DNA of 64,000 nt, from positions 736,001-800,000 of the forward strand of contig OZ219802.1 in NCBI GenBank assembly GCA_964291655.2. Reading direction: 5' to 3'. Shown piece by piece: positions 20,403 to 29,522 of this stretch. The number at the start of each line of letters is the position of its first letter. Position 1 is the stretch's first letter. Both the position numbers and the translations under genes were made by a program. The notes beneath the pieces are model-generated. The model made no database searches. It worked only from the letters and a program-made list of their open reading frames with translations, and had not been told where the DNA came from. This DNA is from Chloroflexota bacterium (GTDB lineage: Bacteria; Chloroflexota; UBA11872; VXOZ01).

Positions 20403-20480
20403 GCACAACCCAGGCCAGCACAACCCAGACCGGCTAGGGTGAATACACCTTCTCCCTGGAGAGAGGACCGGGGTGAGGGG
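20403..20480. repeat. 15-bp tandem duplication plus degenerate palindromic REP-like element
   Basis: gcacaacccaggcca/gcacaacccagaccg; ccttctccctggagagaggaccggggtgagggg. Confidence 0.55.
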
Positions 20481-20602
20481 AGACTCCTTTCAATTTGGCC
20501 CAGTTGCTCGTGTCCCTTAGAGTTGCGCAAAGTTCTCCATTGGGCGTGTGACCGCCTGTCAAGATCGTCTTCTAAGCAATTGGCACGCTCGGCAGTGTAA
20601 GC

Positions 20603-21796
20603 ATGGATACCACTTCTCTCATTGTTGGCGGGGCGGCGGGACTGATTCTCGGCATTGCCCTTGCTGCGCTCTTTAGCCTGTGGCGCAAGCGTACTGCGGA
20701 GGTGATCGGCGAACGCCTGCGCGCGCAGACCGAGCGCGCCCAGCAGGAGCAAGTGCAGACGCTCCTAAATCACATGGCCGACCAGTTCAGCAGCCTCTCC
20801 TTGCAGGCGCTCAATCAGAGCACAAGCCAACTGGTGCAGCTTGCCAAAAGCCAGCTCGGCGCGCAGCAGACGCAGTCCACGCAAGAGCTCGACAGCAAGA
20901 AGCACCTGATCGATCAGCAACTCAATCAGATGAGTGCGACCCTCGGCCAGGTGCGCTCGTTGATGACGGACATGCAGGCGCAAAGCGGGGAGAGGCTGAG
21001 CGCTCTGACAACGGAGATCCGCAACACCGCCGATCAGACGAAGCAGCTTACGGAGACGACAAACTCGCTGCGGGAAACGCTGGCCAACAGCCGCGCCCGC
21101 GGCGCCTGGGGCGAGCGCATGGCGGAGGACGTGCTCAGGGCCGCCGGCTTGCTCCCCAATATCCACTACACTAAGCAGACGACGACCGCGGCGGGGACAC
21201 GTCCCGACTTCACCTTCAAGCTTCCCAAAGACCTCAACCTCAATATGGACGTCAAGTTCCCGCTTGATAACTATCTGCGATCACTTGAAACTGAAGGCGA
21301 TACTGAACGGGAGCAGTTTGAGCAGCAGTTTCTCCGCGACGTGCGCGGCCACGTGAAAGCTGTTGCCTCCCGTGAATACATCGACCCGGAATCCGGCACG
21401 GTGGACTGCGCTATACTTTTCATCCCACTGGAACAAGTGTACGGCTTTATCTTCCAGCGCGATAGCACGCTCTTGGAGAACAGCCTGGAGAGCCGCGTCG
21501 TCTTGTGCTCACCCTTCAGCCTCTTTGGCGTGCTCAGCGTCATTCGCCAGGCTAGCGAGTCGTTTTCGATGCAGCAGACTGCGGGCGAAATGCTCACTTT
21601 GCTGGCCGCGTTTTCGAAGGAATGGTCGCGCTACGCCGACGCGCTGGAGAAACTGGAGAGCGACCTCCAACGTCTGTCCAACGACTTCGACACCCTCACC
21701 GGCACCCGCCGCCGCGCCATGGACCGGCAACTGCTGAAGCTGGAAAACCTGCGCATGCCGGAAACTAGCCAACGGGACGACCCGGCAACGGAGTGA
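20603..21796 (+). CDS. rmuC: DNA recombination protein RmuC
   Basis: N-terminal TM, coiled coil, RGAWGE, RPD, DVKFPL, FIP.E. Confidence 0.93.
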   Translation: MDTTSLIVGGAAGLILGIALAALFSLWRKRTAEVIGERLRAQTERAQQEQVQTLLNHMADQFSSLSLQALNQSTSQLVQLAKSQLGAQQTQSTQELDSKKHLIDQQLNQMSATLGQVRSLMTDMQAQSGERLSALTTEIRNTADQTKQLTETTNSLRETLANSRARGAWGERMAEDVLRAAGLLPNIHYTKQTTTAAGTRPDFTFKLPKDLNLNMDVKFPLDNYLRSLETEGDTEREQFEQQFLRDVRGHVKAVASREYIDPESGTVDCAILFIPLEQVYGFIFQRDSTLLENSLESRVVLCSPFSLFGVLSVIRQASESFSMQQTAGEMLTLLAAFSKEWSRYADALEKLESDLQRLSNDFDTLTGTRRRAMDRQLLKLENLRMPETSQRDDPATE

Positions 21797-21889
21797 TAAT
21801 CATCCTGAATTGTACACTCCTGAAAACCTGCAAATCCCCCTGCCAGTGAGCTTGGCCAAAAAGCCCGTGGGCGAAAATCGAACACTGGA

Positions 21890-24391
21890 TCACCTTGACC
21901 TGCTACGGAACTCAGCTATTGACCCGTAATACCAACGGTTGATAATTGGTTCGGCAATAGCTGCATCTCTTGGGGTTGCAGCATCGGTCACAAAGGCTTC
22001 TCTTACAAGGCACACGGCCCGCTCCATGTCAACGCAGACATCTTCGTGCGCCTCATCGCGGGCCTTGAGGTGCAAGCGGCGAAAACTCTGGCGGAACGCC
22101 CAATCCCCCAGGTTGGTATAGAGGTCCACGAATAGTCCGAATCCCATGACGTACGGACAGTCCCCCGTAAGATAGAAGGGGCCATCGACCTCATCGTCCG
22201 GTCTGGGCTTAAGTTCGATTTTGTCGATTTCAATGAGGCTATTGAATGTCCGACACAATGAGAGCTCGACATTCTCTATCATTAAGGGGTCACCAACTGA
22301 AGCCGCGCGCAGCATTTCCGCACCGCCCTCGCCGAGCCATGGGGAATTACCCAGGAAATACTTATGCGCCACTTCATGCGCAACAAGGTGTACGTCGTTT
22401 TCGCCCCCGGGATCAATAGCAATCATGCTACCTGGGAATGAACCTCCTCCGCTGGATGGGGTGATCTCCGCCGCCAAAATGCCAACGTACTTGAGTGGGA
22501 ATAGCTCGAGCATGAATTCCTCCTGCATGCGCATCGCATGTTCCAGATTATCCATGGTGTGGAACTTTCCTAGTCTGGTGTGAGCGACTGCTAGGCGTAT
22601 CGGTCCGGCACGAGGCAGAAGGATAATCCGTTCCTCGACTGTGGACTTTCTCGGATCCAGCAAGGCATCGAATACTTCAGGGAATCCTTCCCTTGGATCA
22701 TATCTGACAGTCAAAGGCAAGAATGTGATGCGAGCCCTATGGTTATCTGTTACTCCCCCGCGCAGGGTCGGCTGAGACATTACCTCCCAGAAGTAATCTC
22801 GTTCGCCCGGTATACGTAAGCGACTCAAAGAACTCAACGCTGCGGCATCAAACCCATCGACACTTCCCAAGAATGGCATCTCAAGAATGGAAAGCGCCAA
22901 TGGTTCGTCCGGATTAGGACTGCTTCTAGAGATTCCCATGAGGCTCCAAATCACATCTTGTTCGCTCTTGGTGAGGCCGTCTCTCACCCAAGCTTTCAGC
23001 ACAAGGGCCGGGAGTAACTGCTGCGTTCCTTGCGACGCCTCATGCAGCGTGGTAATAGCCTCTTCTTCGGTGGGGTCAATTCCATCCTTCACCCACGGCA
23101 AGGTGTCGATGGCGGCTGCTAACTCAGGGGATCGTTTACCTACAGCAAGCAACTCCACGGTCGCTCGCTGGCCGTCCTCGATGCCGCCTTGGAGCGCCGG
23201 GTGAGCAAGCAACGCTCTCAGATCCTGGTGACTGTTTGGGCTGTATTGAACTACGGTATATAAGGCATCCAAAATGCTCGCATCGTTGGCGGTCGCGTTT
23301 GTCTTTAGAAACGGCATTTCTAGAATCTGCAGAGTTATCTCTGGGTGTCTAATGACGAACCCGGGTATACGGAGGATTACCTGTTCTTCCCACTTTGCTA
23401 ACTCGTCCAAGAGCCATGGCTTGCTCACCAATGCCAGCCCGACTTCTTGCGATCTTAGTGCTATGTCCACCAAGCTGAGCACCGCGCCTTCTTCTCTTTC
23501 AACTGGGTCTCCAGCGAGGGAAAAGTCATTGGATGTTGGACGCCTACCGACTCCGTCTCGGACCCATGGCAAGGCTTCTATCGCCTTGGCTGCCTCCGGG
23601 TGCTCAAGGCCAAGGACGAGCAACGCGAAGGTTGTTATGTGGTCGTCCGTGATGCCGTCAGGCAACCGCGGGTGAGAGAGAATCTGCCGCAGGCCGGTTG
23701 GGTCTGATTGAGTCAGTCTGCTGACATGCCTGAGCACTCTGTGGTCAGCTCCTTGATGTGGAGTGCTCATGAAGGGCATCTGTACGACTTTCAATGCAGT
23801 CTCCCAGTCCACTTGAGCTATGTCAGCAATGTAATTGACCTCTATAGTGCTTCGAAGATCATTCCCGGACTGATCCAGCAGCTTCCAAAACACCGGCTGA
23901 GATACTCTCGCGATACGACGCAGTCCATCGACAATTTCCGGTTCCCTTTTGACAATAGGTAAATTCATTAGCGATTGTATTGCCTGTTCCACCAAGATTA
24001 CCGATTCCGGGCTGGGAGTAGGTTCTGGAGTAGAAGCGGGAATCGCAATGCCGCCGCCGGGGGCATAGTCGGCCTCCCAAGAAAAGCGTTCGGTGTTGAG
24101 GCGTTGCACCAGGCCGTTGGGGCCGTTGATCCAAGTGCGGTAGCCGTCGGTGAAGGCGGTCCAGTTGTCTGCCTTGCGCCAGACCAGCAGGCCGCCGGTG
24201 GTATGTTGCAGGGCGTCACCGTTGGCGCCGTGGTGCTCGTTCTCCAAACACTCACCGACGATGTCATGGCCGATGAGTTCGCGCAGCATCTTGAAGCCGA
24301 GGACGAACTGGCAGTCCGCCGCCGTGACCGAGCTAGGCAGAAACAGGAACAGGGCAGTGGCGAGGATGATTGCAAGACGCCAAGACTTCAT
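21890..24391 (-). CDS. Secreted modular protein: N-terminal module, Pro linker, helical repeats, C-terminal HEXXH metallopeptidase-like domain
   Basis: Signal peptide ending VTA-ADC; PASTPEPTPSP linker; repeated MPF(L/M) and PWV.DG; HEVAH..WLGEGGAE. Confidence 0.75.
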   Translation of the reverse strand: MKSWRLAIILATALFLFLPSSVTAADCQFVLGFKMLRELIGHDIVGECLENEHHGANGDALQHTTGGLLVWRKADNWTAFTDGYRTWINGPNGLVQRLNTERFSWEADYAPGGGIAIPASTPEPTPSPESVILVEQAIQSLMNLPIVKREPEIVDGLRRIARVSQPVFWKLLDQSGNDLRSTIEVNYIADIAQVDWETALKVVQMPFMSTPHQGADHRVLRHVSRLTQSDPTGLRQILSHPRLPDGITDDHITTFALLVLGLEHPEAAKAIEALPWVRDGVGRRPTSNDFSLAGDPVEREEGAVLSLVDIALRSQEVGLALVSKPWLLDELAKWEEQVILRIPGFVIRHPEITLQILEMPFLKTNATANDASILDALYTVVQYSPNSHQDLRALLAHPALQGGIEDGQRATVELLAVGKRSPELAAAIDTLPWVKDGIDPTEEEAITTLHEASQGTQQLLPALVLKAWVRDGLTKSEQDVIWSLMGISRSSPNPDEPLALSILEMPFLGSVDGFDAAALSSLSRLRIPGERDYFWEVMSQPTLRGGVTDNHRARITFLPLTVRYDPREGFPEVFDALLDPRKSTVEERIILLPRAGPIRLAVAHTRLGKFHTMDNLEHAMRMQEEFMLELFPLKYVGILAAEITPSSGGGSFPGSMIAIDPGGENDVHLVAHEVAHKYFLGNSPWLGEGGAEMLRAASVGDPLMIENVELSLCRTFNSLIEIDKIELKPRPDDEVDGPFYLTGDCPYVMGFGLFVDLYTNLGDWAFRQSFRRLHLKARDEAHEDVCVDMERAVCLVREAFVTDAATPRDAAIAEPIINRWYYGSIAEFRSRSR

Positions 24392-24789
24392 CTCTTCGGA
24401 ATCTCTCCCACAAGGCAAAGTTTCCCATACATTCAGATGTGTAGTACCAGTATACATGAACCAATAGAAAGGATATTGATACCTCCCACGATCCGCACCA
24501 TAGTAGCTGGCGATGCGTCAGTTTATGCCCGCGTTAGAAGATGCATGGGTATCCTGGATCCACAAGATCAAAAGATAATTTGCAATCCGGGAAAGGACGA
24601 AGCTTGTTAGAAGAAGAGAGGGCTAGCATGCAAAGCCAGCGTGTCGGGCGACACTAAGAGAGCTCACTGCCAAGACAGTTGGTTGAGTTTTGAGATCCCT
24701 TTTTGAAGGATCGCTTCAACTGGGAGAGGCATCCTGTCTCAGTAGTCCAAACCAAATGTCACAAGCCACAGTCGGATATACTGAGTGGC

Positions 24790-24975
24790 ATGTACGATGC
24801 TCTCGCGGGATTTCTCCAAGAATTCAGCAGCCAGTATCCACTGTTGTGGGCCTTGCTGGTCATGGCAGTGGTGGCGAGCACGGCACTGAGCCTCTACGCC
24901 CTCTGGGAACTGGTCCTGCGGTGGGCCATATCTGCGTGGGCCGGCAGCCGGTCCAGGGCCAGCGGGCGAGGGTAA
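24790..24975 (+). CDS. Small single-TM protein upstream of TauE
   Basis: 61 aa MYDALAGFLQEFSSQYPLLWALLVMAVV...; stop lies 2 nt before the TauE ATG. Confidence 0.65.
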   Translation: MYDALAGFLQEFSSQYPLLWALLVMAVVASTALSLYALWELVLRWAISAWAGSRSRASGRG

Positions 24976-24977
24976 GC

Positions 24978-26036
24978 ATGCTATTCCCCAATGCCGGCGT
25001 GATGGTAGACCCGGTGCTCCTCGTGTTGCTGGGTCTGATTGTCGGTACCCTTGGCGGCTTCTTTGGCGTAGGGGGCGGGTTCCTGATTACCGGGGGGCTG
25101 CTGGTCTTTGGCGTGCCGCCTATCTTCGCGGTGGGCACCGGGCTCACCCTGGTGATGGGATCCTCCATCATCAACATGCTGAAGCACAAGGGCCTGGGCC
25201 ACGTGGACTTCAGGCTGGGACTGCTGATGGTCTGCGGCACCGTGCCCGGCGAGATTCTGGCCGAGCGACTGAACGTGGCCTTGCTCGAGGCGGGTATCAT
25301 CGGCCCGGTGATCCGGTACGTCTACGTCATCTTCCTGGGAGCCCTGGGATCGTTCATCGTTTACGACTACTTCAAGGTGCGCCGCAGCAGCGGGGCGGCC
25401 GGCGACGCGGTGTCCACGGCAAGCCTGGCGCGCAAGGTGCAAGCGCTGCAAATCCCGCCCCATGCCATCTGGCTGCCGGGGCGGGGGATCACGCCCACGC
25501 GGGTGTCGCTGCCCTTATCGGGGATTGGGAGCATTTCGGTATTCGTGCCCTTCAGCATTGGCTTTGGCGTGGGCTTCATGGCCGGGCTACTAGGGGCGGG
25601 CGGCGGGTTTATTCTCATGCCCCTGCTGGTCTACGTGGTGGGCGTCCCCACCGTCATGGCAATCGGCACCGACCTGTTCCAGATTATCATCACCGGCTCG
25701 GTGGGCACCTTCATATACGCCCTGGGTAACCATGTGGACCTGCTCATGGCCATCATCATGTTGACCGCCGCCTCGGCGGGTGCGCAAGTCGGAGCTACGG
25801 CAACCCGCTTCGTAGACCCTGGGCGGATACGCGGGTTATTTGGCGTGACCGTGCTCAGCGGCGGCGCGGCGGTGGCGCTGAAGGAGCTTTCCGAAAGCGT
25901 GAGCCAACTGCACTTTCTGGACTCGGTAGCATCTGTGCTGCTGCTTGGTGTGTCCGGCGCCATCTGCCTGGTGATCGCCGGGTTGTTGCTGCGGGCGGCT
26001 CGCAAGAAGCCGGCTTCCGATGAGGTGAGCACCTGA
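24978..26036 (+). CDS. Sulfite exporter TauE/SafE family protein
   Basis: GGFFGVGGGF and AGLLGAGGGF repeats, AVGT/AIGTDL, GHVD/NHVD. Confidence 0.92.
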   Translation: MLFPNAGVMVDPVLLVLLGLIVGTLGGFFGVGGGFLITGGLLVFGVPPIFAVGTGLTLVMGSSIINMLKHKGLGHVDFRLGLLMVCGTVPGEILAERLNVALLEAGIIGPVIRYVYVIFLGALGSFIVYDYFKVRRSSGAAGDAVSTASLARKVQALQIPPHAIWLPGRGITPTRVSLPLSGIGSISVFVPFSIGFGVGFMAGLLGAGGGFILMPLLVYVVGVPTVMAIGTDLFQIIITGSVGTFIYALGNHVDLLMAIIMLTAASAGAQVGATATRFVDPGRIRGLFGVTVLSGGAAVALKELSESVSQLHFLDSVASVLLLGVSGAICLVIAGLLLRAARKKPASDEVST

Positions 26037-26301
26037 TTCGACTGCACTCTCTTGCGTAGAACCAGGACCTGCTGACGGGTCGCGGGAGAATCGTAACAGA
26101 GGTAGCTGCAGTTGTTTCTGGCATCCTCTTTTCGTCGGCATGAATGCTATACTTAAGTACGCTCGCATTGTCTTCTGTCCTCTCGCAATTGACCGTCAGT
26201 TAGCCGCGACTGTAGGTGCCCAGCAAGACGCACTTTGAGTTTGCTGTTTGCCGAGAGACGCAGCAACGCAAGAGATTCACACAATCTGGGGAGACCGATT
26301 C

Positions 26302-27363
26302 ATGCCCGCTGAAACTGGAATTGTCCGCGTACCGGCCACAACTATGGAAGAGTTCGACACGGAAGCATTCTGCAAAGTCGGCATGCTGCCGGGGGAAGCA
26401 TCACTCGTGGCGCAGTCGCTGGTGCACGCCGATCTCACCGGCGTCTTTACCCACGGCAGCAACTTTCTGCCGTTGTACACCAACTGGATCCAAGTTGGAT
26501 CGATTGACCCGACAGCTTCGCCTGAAGTTGTGTCAGACAACGGCGCCACGGCCGTCATCAGCGCGCGCAATGCTATGGGGCAGGTGGCGGGCGTACAGGC
26601 CATGGACCTGGCAATTGAGAAAGCCAAGCAATTCGGCATAGGCGCCGTGGGTGTGCGGGAGAGTAATCACTTTGGCGCAGCAGCTTACTACACCATGCGC
26701 GCCATCGACCACGACGCCATCGGCTTTTGTTCCACCAACGGCATCCAGGTGATGGCGCCCTACGGCGGCGTTACGCCCAGCTTGAGCAACACCCCCATCG
26801 CCTACGCCATTCCGGCCCAGGAGGAGCGCCCGCTCATGCTCGACATGGCGGTGAGCGTCGTGGCAGCAGGCAAAGTGGCATTGGCGAAGCGCAAGGGCGA
26901 GTCAATTCCTCTCGACTGGGCCCTGACTGACGAGGGCGTTCCCACTACGGATCCCAGCATCGCCACGCTCATGGCGCCAGTGGGCGGTCCCAAGGGCTAC
27001 GGCCTGGCGGTGGTGCTCGACGCGCTGTGCGGCGTGCTCACGGGCGCGCTCTTCGGTCAGGACGTGCGCCGGGGCGGCATTCCCAATACGCCGCAGGCCA
27101 TGGGCCAACTCTTCATGGCGCTCGACATCGGCCACATGATGCCCGTGGAGGAATTCAAGCAGCGTATTGACGTCCAAATCCGCCAAATGCGCGATTCCGA
27201 TAAGGCCAAAGGCGTCGACCGCGTTTACCTGCCCGGCGAGATTGAATTGGAGCGCAAAGAGCACTTCTTGCGCGACGGTATTGCCTTTGCAACTCAAATC
27301 GTGGAAGACCTGGATGCCATGGCAGACACCTACAGCATCCCAACACTGTCAAGCCGACTATAG
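26302..27363 (+). CDS. Ldh_2-family oxidoreductase (type 2 malate/L-lactate/sulfolactate dehydrogenase family)
   Basis: ADLTGVFTHG, SNHFGAAAYY, NTPIA, LDMA.S, GGPKGYGL, PGE.E. Confidence 0.92.
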   Translation: MPAETGIVRVPATTMEEFDTEAFCKVGMLPGEASLVAQSLVHADLTGVFTHGSNFLPLYTNWIQVGSIDPTASPEVVSDNGATAVISARNAMGQVAGVQAMDLAIEKAKQFGIGAVGVRESNHFGAAAYYTMRAIDHDAIGFCSTNGIQVMAPYGGVTPSLSNTPIAYAIPAQEERPLMLDMAVSVVAAGKVALAKRKGESIPLDWALTDEGVPTTDPSIATLMAPVGGPKGYGLAVVLDALCGVLTGALFGQDVRRGGIPNTPQAMGQLFMALDIGHMMPVEEFKQRIDVQIRQMRDSDKAKGVDRVYLPGEIELERKEHFLRDGIAFATQIVEDLDAMADTYSIPTLSSRL

Positions 27364-27459
27364 AGACATCGGAAAGACGAATTCGCGTAGTCGCAGGCCA
27401 CACACGAGCTAGTGAAACCTAAAGACCATCTGCGAAGGGCTATTCTGCCTTAACGCGAA

Positions 27460-27494
27460 GCTTCTGGGACACAGGGTATGTGTGACCCAGAAGC
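27460..27494. terminator. Hairpin between convergent genes, possible terminator
   Basis: gcttctggg(a)caca-loop-tgtg(a)cccagaagc; weak U-tract. Confidence 0.4.
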
Positions 27495-27634
27495 AACTTC
27501 GAAAAAGTGTGCGTACTCTATAGGGTAGGGACCACAGTGGTGAGCAGTCTCTCCTGCACGCACGCCTCTTCTACAAGTGTCATAGAGCGCCCCGCGATTT
27601 AAGCAACAGCCATAGGCGTAAACTCTCAGTTCTC

Positions 27635-29254
27635 CTAGTTCTGCCCGTCGCTGATGCCGCTTATGCGTGAACTAATGGTGTGCCAGCCGGAAGCGCCATT
27701 GGGCGCGGGCTCCAGCTCCGTTTCATCCTGTAGTTCGCCGGTGCCGTCGGTGGCGCGCACCCGAATTGTATAGCCGGCCGCAACCGGCGGTTCCCACGTG
27801 ATCTTCCACTGCACCCATGACAACTGGCTGAGCACCGTGCCGAGCTCCGCTTCTATCCAGTCGCTCTCGTCGATGCTGACTTCCACCTTGCTAATGCCGC
27901 GGTTGCCGGCGAAGGCGATGCCTCCGATCAACACTTCTCGGTCCACTTTGGCGCTTACTGTAGCACCGTTACGCGGCGCATCGATGCGAGACATTGTCTT
28001 GTAAATGGCTTCATCGCTCCAGCCCCGCTGCTGCCAGAAACCCTTGAAGTCGTGGTCCACCGGTTCGATCCGCGTCAGCCACTTCACGTTCTTCATGCCG
28101 TAGATGTTGGGCACAATCAAGCGCGCTGGAAAACCGTGGTTGTTCGGCAGTATCGCACCATTCATGCGGTAGGCCAGAAGTACCTCGGGATCTTGCGCCT
28201 TTTCCAGGGGGATGCTCTCCTGGTACCCGTCTGCGGCGTGCAAGACGATGTCCTTCACGCCCGGTTGGATGCCCGCTTGGACCAGCAGATCCCACAGTGA
28301 TACGCCTTCCCACAGCGCACAGCCGATGAGGTCTCCGCCGACCGCGTTGCTGATGCACTGCAGTGTCGCGTATTGCTGCTGGCTGGGCATGGCCGTCAGC
28401 GCATCGTAGTCCAGAATCATCTTGTTGTCCACCATACCGGTGATGGTGAGACTCCAGTCCTTCACGTCAACGGTAGGATCGATGTTGTTCTTGGAGATTA
28501 CGTAGAACTGGTCGTTGGGCGTGACCAAGGGTTCCAGTCCCTCAAAGCCTTGCTGGAATATGGGGAGCGTCTCACCGCTGTCGGAAACTGTAGTTTCCTT
28601 TGATGGTTCATTGAAAATGGCCTGCGCTTGTGCAGCAAACGATCGCTTGAGCGCATAGGCGCCGCCTAAAGCCAGCCCGGAAACAGCCAACGGCGCCAGC
28701 GACCGGCGGGACAACACGCCCTCAGAGACTGTTTCAGAATCCTCAACGACAAAGGGTTGCCGGACGTACGCAAGCACAAACCCAAAAGCCAGGTAGGCAA
28801 TGATGTCGATGGCAACGGCAGCAATGGCCGGTGAGGATGCATCCATGCCGAAGAAGCCGCGCTCCACGAATGGCGAAATCGTGACTGAGTGGACTAGCCA
28901 CAGCAACCCGCCGATGCCGAGGCCGTACAGCAACGCCGTCGGCGTTCCGCTACTGCTATCTTTTGCACCAAGTAGACCCAGCAGCCGGCCATAGAGTAGC
29001 CCAAATAGGCCACCCACGCCAACCATGCCAATGAGTATCGCGTAGAAATTCAGGGTCTTGGCCAATGTGCCAAAGATCTGAATCACCGCCTCAAAAAGGG
29101 CAGGCGGAATAAAGCTAAGAATGCTTTCAATCACCGCTTCCGGCAAGGCCGGAATCTGCCAAATGAAGCGTGCGACAAAATAGACCGCGAGTAGGGCTAC
29201 TGTGGCTATGGCGCCAGACAGAAACTCTCTCCGCCACGGTACGGTAGACTGCAT
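27635..29254 (-). CDS. Membrane-anchored sulfite-oxidase-family molybdopterin oxidoreductase
   Basis: TPNDQFY, Moco Cys in TLQCISN, HGFPARLIVP..YGMKNVKW, KVEVS, VRATD; 4 N-terminal TMs then SRR plus TM; GAGGAGG RBS. Confidence 0.92.
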   Translation of the reverse strand: MQSTVPWRREFLSGAIATVALLAVYFVARFIWQIPALPEAVIESILSFIPPALFEAVIQIFGTLAKTLNFYAILIGMVGVGGLFGLLYGRLLGLLGAKDSSSGTPTALLYGLGIGGLLWLVHSVTISPFVERGFFGMDASSPAIAAVAIDIIAYLAFGFVLAYVRQPFVVEDSETVSEGVLSRRSLAPLAVSGLALGGAYALKRSFAAQAQAIFNEPSKETTVSDSGETLPIFQQGFEGLEPLVTPNDQFYVISKNNIDPTVDVKDWSLTITGMVDNKMILDYDALTAMPSQQQYATLQCISNAVGGDLIGCALWEGVSLWDLLVQAGIQPGVKDIVLHAADGYQESIPLEKAQDPEVLLAYRMNGAILPNNHGFPARLIVPNIYGMKNVKWLTRIEPVDHDFKGFWQQRGWSDEAIYKTMSRIDAPRNGATVSAKVDREVLIGGIAFAGNRGISKVEVSIDESDWIEAELGTVLSQLSWVQWKITWEPPVAAGYTIRVRATDGTGELQDETELEPAPNGASGWHTISSRISGISDGQN

Positions 29255-29522
29255 GGATGTCCCCTCCTCAACTCCTACGTTCGGATGCCTTGACTTCATC
29301 GTAGCATAGCGATATTGGTGAAGCATCCCTCCCACTTAAAAAGTTCCTAAGAAAAGGACTTGGGAGAAACAGTCGGTCAGGTGGCAAAACAGCGGCAAAC
29401 AGCGTAGACTTGTGAGGAATAGGTAGAGTATGCTATTCGCTTAAGCAGACATGCACTATTTGCAACAAGTACTTGGATCGTAGAACGCTTGCAGGCGCCC
29501 GCAGGACGGAGGTAACCGCCTC

